Under the pieces are notes generated by a model. It saw only the letters and a program-made list of their open reading frames with translations, was not told where the DNA came from and ran no database searches. A stretch of 64,000 nucleotides of DNA, from positions 16,176 through 80,175 of the forward strand of contig JBAXQJ010000001.1 in NCBI GenBank assembly GCA_037131755.1, in the 5' to 3' direction. This stretch comes from a bacterium (lineage in GTDB: Bacteria; Patescibacteriota; Minisyncoccia; Phycocordibacterales; GWA1-40-21). The translations under genes and the position numbers were made by a program. Positions 1-7,615 of this stretch are shown piece by piece (positions within the stretch are counted from its first letter, which is position 1; every line of letters begins with the position of its first letter).

Positions 1-493
1 TTTAAGAATATTCTGAACTTTCACCATGGTGAAAGTTTTGGATAAAGGTTCGAGGCCGATTCTATCTGAAATACTTTGAAAATCTTTTTTGCTGGTTAGG
101 CGGGCCCAGCCGAATTTCCTCAGGTCATTGAAATATAAATGCGAACCATCGTCCAAGGTGAAAATAATTCTCGTGTGTCTGCCCGGAGCCTGGATATCAT
201 TTGCCGGATGTCCGCCAGAAATAATCTGGCCAGAACGCGGAACAAAAATTAATTGACCGGTCATTTTCAAATGAAAAATCAAATGACCATCCGAGGATAA
301 GTTGATTATGAGCATCTTGGCTCGGCGGTCTAAGCCCAATATTTTTTGGCCGGAAATTCTTTTTATAAATAAAGCGGGCGACAGGGGGAAAACCGTCTTG
401 GGCCACAAGATTTTAATCTCCTTTATGATCCGACCGGAGAGCGATTTTTCGAGCTCCCGGCGCAGGGTTTCAACTTCGGGTAATTCAGGCATG
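1..493 (-). CDS. mutM: Formamidopyrimidine-DNA glycosylase (Fpg/MutM), N-terminal part; gene runs off the window start
   Basis: Manual minus-strand translation from the ATG at 493-491 reads MPELPEVETLRRELEKSLSGRIIKEI...HLKMTGQLIF...LYFNDLRKFGW with no stop to position 1. N-terminal PELPEVE and the H2TH-region LxFxDxRKFG motif are characteristic of Fpg. The ORF track does not list it because it is partial. Confidence 0.75.
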
Positions 494-571
494 GGGAAAG
501 TGTAAGGCTTGGAGCGAAAAAAGTAAAACGGTTCAAGGTGTGACTTTGAGTTTTCGCCTTTAGAGTTTATA

Positions 572-1498
572 ATGGCGACAATGAACAAAATAAACAGCAT
601 CGCCGGTTTTCTCTGTTTTACCGCCATGATTATGGTTTTTTTGAATATGATGGTCGTTGCCCATGACCAATATGCTGCCGCTTTCTTTTCTAAGGGACTG
701 GCGGTCAATGATTTGGTGAAGAAATACGATAATACGCAAGAGACCGGGAAAATTAAGATCTTGATCGTTCCCGGCCATGAACCGGCTTATGGTGGCACTG
801 AGTATAACGGACTTGTTGAGAGGGACCTAAACGTCCAACTGGCCGACGAGCTCGGTAAAAAATTAAAAGCCAACCAGAATTTCGAGGTCATTTTTGCCCG
901 CGATAAGAAAAATTGGAACCCGCTGATAAGAAATTTTGTCGCAGACAATTTTACGGAGATTAAAAACTGGCGTGATGCTCAAGAGAAGGAAATGGGGGAC
1001 CTGACCGCCCAAGGGTTGATAAAATCAAATCAAGATTTGTCCCATAATTCTGTTCCAGGCACTTCGGCCATTATGCTTTACGGAATAAATAAATGGGCTG
1101 GTGACAATAAAGTGGACATCACCATCCACGTCCATTTCAACGATAATCCTAAGGTAAACGGCAAGCCAAAATATGAGGGCTTTGCCATATATGTCCCCGA
1201 AGCCCAATATTCCAACTCATCATCGAGTGTTGTTTTGGCTCAGGATTTAATGGCAGGCCTCAAGCAGGTTTCAAAAGTCAGCAATTTCAAAAAAGAAGCA
1301 GGTGGGGTAGTGGAAGACCAGGACCTGATTGCGATTGGGAGGTTTAATACGGCCGACTCCCTGGCTGCTCTTATCGAATATAAATATATCTATGAAAAGG
1401 TTTTGCAGGCCAAATCGAGCCGAGATTCATTCATAACCGCCGCCGCTTCGTCTACCGCCTCGGCGATTGTAAATTTTTTCACTTCTAGATCGATATAG
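572..1498 (+). CDS. N-acetylmuramoyl-L-alanine amidase-like (Amidase_3 type) with an N-terminal membrane anchor/signal
   Basis: 308-aa ORF with a hydrophobic N-terminus, then ILIVPGHEPAYGGTEYNGLVERDLNVQLADELGKKL and ITIHVHFND, which resemble the Zn-amidase fold. Divergent from mutM. Confidence 0.5.
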   Translation: MATMNKINSIAGFLCFTAMIMVFLNMMVVAHDQYAAAFFSKGLAVNDLVKKYDNTQETGKIKILIVPGHEPAYGGTEYNGLVERDLNVQLADELGKKLKANQNFEVIFARDKKNWNPLIRNFVADNFTEIKNWRDAQEKEMGDLTAQGLIKSNQDLSHNSVPGTSAIMLYGINKWAGDNKVDITIHVHFNDNPKVNGKPKYEGFAIYVPEAQYSNSSSSVVLAQDLMAGLKQVSKVSNFKKEAGGVVEDQDLIAIGRFNTADSLAALIEYKYIYEKVLQAKSSRDSFITAAASSTASAIVNFFTSRSI

Positions 1499-1506
1499 GA
1501 TTTAAT

Positions 1507-1553
1507 AAAACAACAAAGGCGGGTTCGCGTAGCGAACCCGCCTTTGTTGTTTT
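1507..1553. terminator. Bidirectional intrinsic terminator between convergent genes (22-bp perfect inverted repeat AAAACAACAAAGGCGGGTTCGC / GCGAACCCGCCTTTGTTGTTTT)
   Basis: Perfect palindrome with A/T tracts on both sides, lying between the amidase stop (1498) and the Mur ligase stop (1561). Confidence 0.75.
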
Positions 1554-1560
1554 ATGCTTC

Positions 1561-2841
1561 TTAGCGACTATCAGTTATAACCTTCTGTAGTTCTCCCTCT
1601 GCTACTTTGGCGTCGCTCCAAGGCTCTTTCAGGCCATCGGCCCGCATGATATATGGGTCGGTACCTTTACCGGTGATCAGAATCACATCATTGGCGTTTG
1701 CCTCTTTAATCGCCCGTCTGATCGCTTCCCGCCGGTCCATCACGATTTCCATTTTTTCCTTTCGGATATGCTTGGCCATATCATCGATGATCTCTCGCGG
1801 GTCATCATCATATGGATCTTCATCAGTCAGGATTATTTTGTCGCAATACTTATCGGCAATCTCAGCCATTTCTTTCCTTTTCCACTTGTCGCGTCCGCCA
1901 CCGCAATTGCCCAGGACACAGATTTTCTTTTTATTGGCAAAGGTTTCATACAAAGCTCTGAGCGAGTCGGGAGTATGGGCATAATCGACGATCACGTCAA
2001 AATCTTGCTTGTCCGAACCGATCAGTATTTTTTGTACCCGGCCTTTGATTTCTCTCACGCCCTCGAGGGCTTGTTTGATGGTTTCATCGGAAATGTTTTG
2101 CGTCCGAGCATAGGCGATGGCGGCCAACATGTTCAGAATATTGAACTGGCCGGGAATTTGCGTACGGATTTTTTCCAGGCCCAAGGCAAAACCCGAGCCA
2201 TCATCAGAAAGTTCAAACGGTTTGGCATTTTCGATGCTGTAAGAAACCTTTTTATCGGCAGCGATCGAAAGAAATTTCTGACCCTCCTTGTCATCAATGT
2301 TGGCGATAATGATCCGTTCCGACTTCGACGATTTTTCCAGGGCGTGAGCGATCTTTAATTTTGCCGCCACGTATTTCTCGTAAGAGCCGTGGGACTCAAT
2401 GTGTTCTTTGGCGAGATTGGTGAAGAGCAGGGCATCAAGCTCGATGAATTTGTGGCGGTATTGCTTGGCCGCCTCCGATGAGATCTCGATAATGGCGTAA
2501 TCGCACTTGGCGTCGACGGCTTGGCGCAGGAACTTTTGGGTGAAAAATCTTCCCGGCATGGTCATTTTGTATTTGTTGGGCGTCGATTGGTCGCCAATTT
2601 TGAAACGCAAGGTTCCGGCGAGCGCCGTCTTGTAGCCGGCGGTCTCCAGGATGGCGTTTAAGAATTCCACTGTTGAGGTCTTGCCTTTGGTTCCGGTCAC
2701 GGCGACGACTTTGATCTGGCGGGAAGGGAAGCGGTAAAACAAGGCGCCCAAAAGCGCGAGCTTCCAGTGATAGATCGGCTGAAAGAAAGCAAAAAGCTTC
2801 TTTGGAATAAATTTTTTTAGTAGTCTCAAGGCTTTGTTCAT
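1561..2841 (-). CDS. Mur ligase family protein (MurE/MurF-like UDP-N-acetylmuramoyl peptide ligase)
   Basis: 426 aa with the P-loop VAVTGTKGKTSTVEF and DVIVDYAHTPDSL (the DYAH motif of Mur ligases). It is shorter than canonical MurE and lacks the usual N-terminal domain. Confidence 0.7.
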   Translation of the reverse strand: MNKALRLLKKFIPKKLFAFFQPIYHWKLALLGALFYRFPSRQIKVVAVTGTKGKTSTVEFLNAILETAGYKTALAGTLRFKIGDQSTPNKYKMTMPGRFFTQKFLRQAVDAKCDYAIIEISSEAAKQYRHKFIELDALLFTNLAKEHIESHGSYEKYVAAKLKIAHALEKSSKSERIIIANIDDKEGQKFLSIAADKKVSYSIENAKPFELSDDGSGFALGLEKIRTQIPGQFNILNMLAAIAYARTQNISDETIKQALEGVREIKGRVQKILIGSDKQDFDVIVDYAHTPDSLRALYETFANKKKICVLGNCGGGRDKWKRKEMAEIADKYCDKIILTDEDPYDDDPREIIDDMAKHIRKEKMEIVMDRREAIRRAIKEANANDVILITGKGTDPYIMRADGLKEPWSDAKVAEGELQKVITDSR

Positions 2842-2870
2842 ATGTTGACTTTATCAGAAAAAAGCGTAAT

Positions 2871-3227
2871 TTGGAAGCAGGTTGTAACAACACGAAAGGG
2901 AGGATCTTTATGAGTAAGAAGGTTGGAAAAAAGTCCTGGTCGAAGAAGATTGAATGTAACGCAAGGGTTTGTGACCGGTGTGATTTGCTTGGTGCTTTGG
3001 CGTCGGGAGGCGGGGTCTACCTTGACGTTGTGAATCGGGGTGATTATCATACCGTTGGAGCAGAAATCCCGATTAACCTCGTGAAGCGTGTGCGGAATTC
3101 TATCCCGGACACCTCAGTTCATTGCTATTATTTTGAGGGCGACGATCATGGTATTGTGGAGTATCGTGGTCAATACGATTTTCTTCACGACAAGGGGTGG
3201 TTTCAGTGGCGGCATATTAATAAGTAA
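2871..3227 (+). CDS. Hypothetical small Cys-rich protein
   Basis: 118-aa ORF between the divergent Mur ligase and ruvA, containing CNARVCDRCD. No recognisable family; the start is uncertain (an internal Met lies at about 2910). Confidence 0.3.
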   Translation: MEAGCNNTKGRIFMSKKVGKKSWSKKIECNARVCDRCDLLGALASGGGVYLDVVNRGDYHTVGAEIPINLVKRVRNSIPDTSVHCYYFEGDDHGIVEYRGQYDFLHDKGWFQWRHINK

Positions 3228-3304
3228 CGGGATTTATCAGACCGAGCAGTGAATGCTCGGTTTTTCTTATACTATATACAATCTACAAGACACTATCTAC
3301 AATC

Positions 3305-3871
3305 TCATTTTCCCAAATGTTTCAAAGCCGCTTTGACCCGGCCGCTGGTCGTGGTGATAGTTTTGTCAATTTCCTGCAGAGCTTCTCTTGATTCCTTGTG
3401 AGAGTAACCCAGAGACTTAAGGGCTTCCAGAGCGTCGATTTCTTCCTTGAGGCCGAGATGGACCTCTTCATAAGCACCGAGTTTACCTTTAAGTTCCAAA
3501 ACAATCTTGTCGGCCATTTTTTTGCCGAGGCCGGAGACTTTAGTGAGATGGGCGGTCTCACCCGTCGAGATCGCTTTGCGCAGGGAGGGGACAGAAGCGA
3601 CATTTAGAATGCCAATCGCGGTTTTTGGTCCGACGCCGGAGATAGTGTTGAGTAGTTCGAAAAAGTCCAACTCGCTTTTGTCGGCAAAACCATAAAGGTC
3701 CATCGCGTTTTCCCGGACCGCCAAATATGTCCAGATTTTTGCCTGATCATTTTCCTTGGTTGCACTTAAAAGGTTGGTCGTGCCGTAGGCTTTGTAGCCG
3801 ACGCCGTTCACATCAATGACGATGAATTTGTCGGTCTTTAGGGTGATGGTACCGGTTAGGTGGGAAATCAT
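3305..3871 (-). CDS. ruvA: Holliday junction branch-migration protein RuvA
   Basis: MISHLTGTITLKTDKFIVIDVNGVGYKAY...LYGFADKSELDFFELLNTISGVGPKTAIGIL shows the RuvA OB-fold plus HhH motifs. The start is taken at the internal Met of the longer 199-aa track ORF. Confidence 0.85.
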   Translation of the reverse strand: MISHLTGTITLKTDKFIVIDVNGVGYKAYGTTNLLSATKENDQAKIWTYLAVRENAMDLYGFADKSELDFFELLNTISGVGPKTAIGILNVASVPSLRKAISTGETAHLTKVSGLGKKMADKIVLELKGKLGAYEEVHLGLKEEIDALEALKSLGYSHKESREALQEIDKTITTTSGRVKAALKHLGK

Positions 3872-3985
3872 AAAAACAATTATATCATAGAACAAAGAGG
3901 TCAAACCTTGCTTTTCCTAATAAGCTGTGGTAAGTTATGAGCACAAAAGTATTCAGTAATTAATCAATATTTTTTAATATAACAC

Positions 3986-4249
3986 ATGCCAATAACATCA
4001 TCAGCAAAAAAAGCACTCCGCGCCTCAAAAAATAAGAAGGTTTACAATACCCGACGAAAAGACGCAATGGGTGATACAATCAAGAATATCAAGAAATTAG
4101 TCGCCGAGAAGAAAGTCAAAGAAGCGGAGGCTATCATGTCCGCTGCCTACAAAGCCATCGACAAGGCTTCCAAGGCTCACGTGATCCACAAGAATACCGC
4201 TTCCCGAAAGAAAAGCCGATTGGCGAAACTGGTCAATAAAGCAAAATAA
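3986..4249 (+). CDS. rpsT: 30S ribosomal protein S20
   Basis: 87 aa, MPITSSAKKALRASKNKKVYNTRRKDAMGDTIKNIKK...SRKKSRLAKLVNKAK is typical bS20. Confidence 0.9.
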   Translation: MPITSSAKKALRASKNKKVYNTRRKDAMGDTIKNIKKLVAEKKVKEAEAIMSAAYKAIDKASKAHVIHKNTASRKKSRLAKLVNKAK

Positions 4250-4253
4250 TCAA

Positions 4254-4285
4254 AAACCACCTGCAAATTTGCAGGTGGTTTTTTG
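4254..4285 (+). terminator. Rho-independent terminator of rpsT
   Basis: ACCACCTGCAAATTTGCAGGTGGTTTTTTG hairpin plus T-tract immediately after the rpsT stop. Confidence 0.8.
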
Positions 4286-4410
4286 TTTTGGCAGGAGTAT
4301 CTCCCTCGCCTTAAAATTTCTCGTCAGAAATTTTAGGCTGGGCACCGGCTCACGGTTTTTTCTACTGAAAAAACATCGTTCCGCCGTTCGATTCCTGCAC
4401 GCAAGCAAAA

Positions 4411-4611
4411 TTGTTTGCTTGCTCAAGAGCACAAATTTTAAAAGCGCCACCTGGCGCTTTTAAAATTTGTGCCCATCGACCGAACGCCACTCGATTGTGG
4501 GAAATAATAACTGAAGCGGCAAAATGCCTAATTGTTCGGAATGATTTACCGGCTAATGATAGCACACCTGTATTAGAGATGCCGCGGGACCAAACGGGCT
4601 TGGCGGCATAA
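4411..4611 (+). CDS. Small upstream ORF (66 aa) of the HTH-XRE module; conserved at the protein level with small ORFs upstream of the two other XRE paralogs
   Basis: ...KICAHRPNATRLWEIITEAAKCLIVRNDLPANDSTPVLEMPRDQTGLAA aligns with CAHQRDAPRMLDLIISTMQDHLKKGPADS... (ORF 45220-45423, minus) and with an unlisted frame at about 46440-46570, minus. Substitutions between the latter two copies are mostly synonymous. Confidence 0.35.
   Translation: MFACSRAQILKAPPGAFKICAHRPNATRLWEIITEAAKCLIVRNDLPANDSTPVLEMPRDQTGLAA
4429..4472. promoter_or_regulatory. 44-nt perfect palindrome (21-bp arms, 2-nt spacer) GCACAAATTTTAAAAGCGCCA-CC-TGGCGCTTTTAAAATTTGTGC; candidate operator/hairpin of the XRE module
   Basis: Read directly from the sequence. 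A second copy with identical outer arms and a compensatorily changed inner stem is at 46565-46616. A smaller hairpin GCAAGCAAA-ATTG-TTTGCTTGC lies at 4401-4422. Confidence 0.5.
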
Positions 4612-4678
4612 ACTTGCCGCTTTCGGCAAGTCCGTCCACCTTTTGTTATTTTTACCAATCCCTTAATCTTTAATCATC

Positions 4679-4948
4679 ATGAACAATATCAAAAACAATT
4701 TGCGAGAATATCGCTTGAAAGCCGGACTTCGTCAGGTGGACGTCGCCAGTCTGATCGGCTTGGATTTTGCCGACCGTCTATCCCGCTGGGAAAATGGTCA
4801 GGCCATGCCGAATGTTGTCAACCTATTCCACCTTGCCGCGATCTATAAAGTTACGCCTAAAGATTTGTATCAGGATCTACGGCGAAATATTGATGAACAG
4901 GCTCAAGCTGCTCACTCAGATGCTCTTATACGACGAATGTCACACTGA
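4679..4948 (+). CDS. HTH-XRE family transcriptional regulator (paralog 1 of 3)
   Basis: MNNIKNNLREYRLKAGLRQVDVASLIGLDFADRLSRWENGQAMPNVVNLFHLAAIYKVTPKDLYQDL has the XRE/Cro-like HTH. Roughly 55-60% identical to the proteins at 44823-45149 and 46036-46293. Confidence 0.8.
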   Translation: MNNIKNNLREYRLKAGLRQVDVASLIGLDFADRLSRWENGQAMPNVVNLFHLAAIYKVTPKDLYQDLRRNIDEQAQAAHSDALIRRMSH

Positions 4949-4950
4949 AC

Positions 4951-5382
4951 CTAGCCCGAGTATCCCCATGCTGTCTTGAGTATTTGATATTCAGCGGTGT
5001 AACCGTGCTCAAGAAGGCATTGTAAGTACACATGTCGTGGCGGGATATTGCTATAATAAGGTGTCGGCCCAGTTGATAAACCTCCTCCAGGCCCTGTTGA
5101 TAGTCCTCCCCCTGGGCCAGTTGAAAGCCCACCGCCCGGTCCAGTAGAAAGCCCACCGCCTGGTCCAGTAGAAAGACCGCCCTCAGGACCGGTAGATAGT
5201 CCACCTCCAGGGCCAGTAGACAAGCCACCGCCTGGACCTGTTGACATCCCTCCACCAGGACCAGTTGATGCACCACCGCCCGGACCTGTTGAAAGACCGC
5301 CCCCAGGACCTGTGGATAATCCGCCTTCAGGGCCGGTTGAACTGTTTCGCGGCCATCCTCTGTGTAATTGGTTGTTATTCAT
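4951..5382 (-). CDS. Gly/Pro-rich tandem-repeat protein ((STGPGGGL)n, about 12 copies)
   Basis: 143-aa ORF in which about 95 aa consist of an 8-aa repeat STGP(G/E)GG(L/A/M), with a non-repetitive C-terminus ...TPYYSNIPPRHVYLQCLLEHGYTAEYQILKTAWGYSG. Convergent with the XRE gene. Confidence 0.45.
   Translation of the reverse strand: MNNNQLHRGWPRNSSTGPEGGLSTGPGGGLSTGPGGGASTGPGGGMSTGPGGGLSTGPGGGLSTGPEGGLSTGPGGGLSTGPGGGLSTGPGGGLSTGPGGGLSTGPTPYYSNIPPRHVYLQCLLEHGYTAEYQILKTAWGYSG
5058..5340. repeat. 24-nt tandem DNA repeat (about 12 units) encoding the STGPGGGL repeats
   Basis: Repeated ccaccgcc(t/c)gg(a/t)cc(a/t)gt(a/t)ga(a/c)ag units are visible at about 5090-5340. Confidence 0.6.
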
Positions 5383-5608
5383 GTTTTTGAGTATACCACA
5401 GTGATATCAAATGCATCAATTTGTGATATCTACACACCGTAAGTCTTTGCCTTAAAAGATGTTTTGAATTCTGATGGTGATGTGGTGCTCTAGCAGTGTC
5501 GCATAATAGTGGCTGGGTTGATTCCGCCCATGACTGGCTGGTTTTGAGTTCCCGCTGACAGGTGTCTCTCCGCATTGACCAGAAGTGAATTCAGTATAGA
5601 ATTTAGAA

Positions 5609-6049
5609 ATGAATTCAAGCACCGCATCGCCATTAGGAACAGACTTTGCGCAAGAGCTATTCCTCCACATGCAAGACGCAATTAGTGATGGAACAAAACA
5701 AGCCTGCCGAATGGTTTGGGACGTCATCCAGCAGTTTATGATGGAACACTGGTTCTTCCTGATTGTAGGGCTGGTGATTTTGTTCTGGATTGCCATCATT
5801 AGATGGATCTCAACCGGACGATGGGGTATGTTCGCCAGCCTGCTCTATCATTGCCTGTATTTTGGGACCCTACTTGTTGCCACGTTGATATTTGGCCCCG
5901 AAATCTTCGCCAGTGATTATACAAAGCTGTGGCTCTTTATCCTTTACCTAGTCTGCTTTGGGCTTGTTGGATGGTTCATACGAGCTACGGGTATTCTCGG
6001 CTGCTTATATCCTGACGGGAGAAGTAAGATCAGACGCCCGCGATTCTAG
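5609..6049 (+). CDS. Hypothetical integral membrane protein
   Basis: 146 aa with three or four hydrophobic helices (WFFLIVGLVILFWIAII..., LLVATLIFGPEIF..., LFILYLVCFGLVGWFI). No recognisable family. Confidence 0.4.
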   Translation: MNSSTASPLGTDFAQELFLHMQDAISDGTKQACRMVWDVIQQFMMEHWFFLIVGLVILFWIAIIRWISTGRWGMFASLLYHCLYFGTLLVATLIFGPEIFASDYTKLWLFILYLVCFGLVGWFIRATGILGCLYPDGRSKIRRPRF

Positions 6050-6116
6050 GCGCCGTAAAACACTGCACTGTTATGTTTCATGATCTGCCGGCACTGCGAC
6101 CGAAGGCAGAACAGAA

Positions 6117-7364
6117 CTAGGCGGTTTTCTTCCTATTCTTCTTGTCGAGACTCAAGTGGTATGAATGAAATTCATCGTCATCACGTTCATTATCCAGATG
6201 CATACAACCACACGCCCGCCCTCTTCTATAAGGGCCGAATAATCTGGCAAACTCACCCTGAAATCTGTGAAATGTGTGCCAGTCTTTGCCTACACCCGAA
6301 TCAAATCCGTTAAATTCTTTCTGCCGTGGTGTTCGCCCATACTCGTCAAAAGCAGCGGAGGTGCCGTCCTTATTGCCGATGATAATTTGTCCACCATAGT
6401 CGACACCTCTGGGATCTGGCATGCACAAGTAACCATGTCCATAATTAAACCAGTCCGACTTGCTGACGTATCTCTCGGGATATAACCATTCTTTTTTGGC
6501 AGCCGCTATGAATTTGTAAGCTCTGCTTTTGATTATGAAGTTAATCTCTCTCACTTCCTGTTCTGATAAATATCTCATGGTCTGAATGTCGGTGATCTTC
6601 ATTATCGCGTCACGAAAAAAAGTTGGGTTTGGCCTCATTTTTAGACCATCCTGATATGGGTGCCTTAACCATGATAGATTTGTGAGGATTAGGACCTTGT
6701 TTTTCGATAAAGGGAAGATGGTATGGCTCGAATGGAATCTAATATCTGGGTCATTGTACTCACGGCACCATTGGGATCGTGGACCGCAATGGCGGTTATA
6801 TATCGTTACCGGGTGATCAGAAATGATGAACTTTGTCGCTGAGTTACCTGCATCGGCTATCAGCCAAATGGACTCCATCCATATAGCGCCATAAAGCTGT
6901 TGCCATCGAGTCATTAATGCCAGCACGTGGTTCTTATCATTAATACCACGCATATTTGCCTGATCTCTCAGCCATGTTAGTCCCTTTGGGGTGCGCAGTT
7001 TTTGTGTGCTCATATAGATGAGCAACTCCTTTATTGAATTTGTGCCATCCCACGGATGTGAGAACCTCTCGCACCACTCAACGGCAGTCTTACCCCTGGC
7101 ATCAATGTCTCCAAAGAAAAGCTTTTCGATATCTTTAGATTCAGCACCATGAAAATTCGCGGTGTATAAATCATCTTCGGCAAAACAATGCCTGAAGCCT
7201 ATTTTACGCACAGTCTTTCCGACGTGACTTGTGCTCTTGGAATCAAAATACATTGGTGGTTTTAGATTCAGATAATACAACTCGCTATCCGTTGATGGAT
7301 TTAACGAAAACCGTCTTTGATACCATACCGGGACATAATGATTGTTTTTATACTCACCAGACAT
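6117..7364 (-). CDS. DUF4238-like protein (uncharacterised family often found in defense islands)
   Basis: 415 aa. The N-terminus NHYVPVWYQRRFS matches the HYVPxFYLxxF signature of DUF4238. There is no other motif support. Confidence 0.45.
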   Translation of the reverse strand: MSGEYKNNHYVPVWYQRRFSLNPSTDSELYYLNLKPPMYFDSKSTSHVGKTVRKIGFRHCFAEDDLYTANFHGAESKDIEKLFFGDIDARGKTAVEWCERFSHPWDGTNSIKELLIYMSTQKLRTPKGLTWLRDQANMRGINDKNHVLALMTRWQQLYGAIWMESIWLIADAGNSATKFIISDHPVTIYNRHCGPRSQWCREYNDPDIRFHSSHTIFPLSKNKVLILTNLSWLRHPYQDGLKMRPNPTFFRDAIMKITDIQTMRYLSEQEVREINFIIKSRAYKFIAAAKKEWLYPERYVSKSDWFNYGHGYLCMPDPRGVDYGGQIIIGNKDGTSAAFDEYGRTPRQKEFNGFDSGVGKDWHTFHRFQGEFARLFGPYRRGRACGCMHLDNERDDDEFHSYHLSLDKKNRKKTA

Positions 7365-7615
7365 AGTGACAGTTTATCATAACACGATTGAATTAGCCTC
7401 CAGATACTTCTCCAGACCAACTCAACCAGATTCGAACCTTATCTGGATCAACAAGGCCGTGTGGTGGATCAAAGGAACAGTATGGGATAACAAAGAAGAC
7501 CGGTTAGCTATGCAAACAGTGTCAAAATATTCTTGTTCCTCAACAAACTGAGGAGCTTGTTGAAATTCACTATTAGCGCTCACATAAATTGAGTCACTGT
7601 GATTATACATCTTGA

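Noticed and set aside
197-406. 69-aa minus-strand ORF from the track.
   Set aside because: It lies in an alternative frame inside the partial mutM gene, which reads continuously from 493 to 1 in another frame with clear Fpg motifs.
1607-2358. Plus-strand ORFs (125 and 196 aa) inside the Mur ligase gene.
   Set aside because: They are antisense to a well-supported CDS, have low-complexity Ser/Ile-rich translations and no motifs.
3322-3695. Several 60-90 aa ORFs overlapping ruvA on both strands.
   Set aside because: They are nested in or antisense to ruvA and are typical spurious frames.
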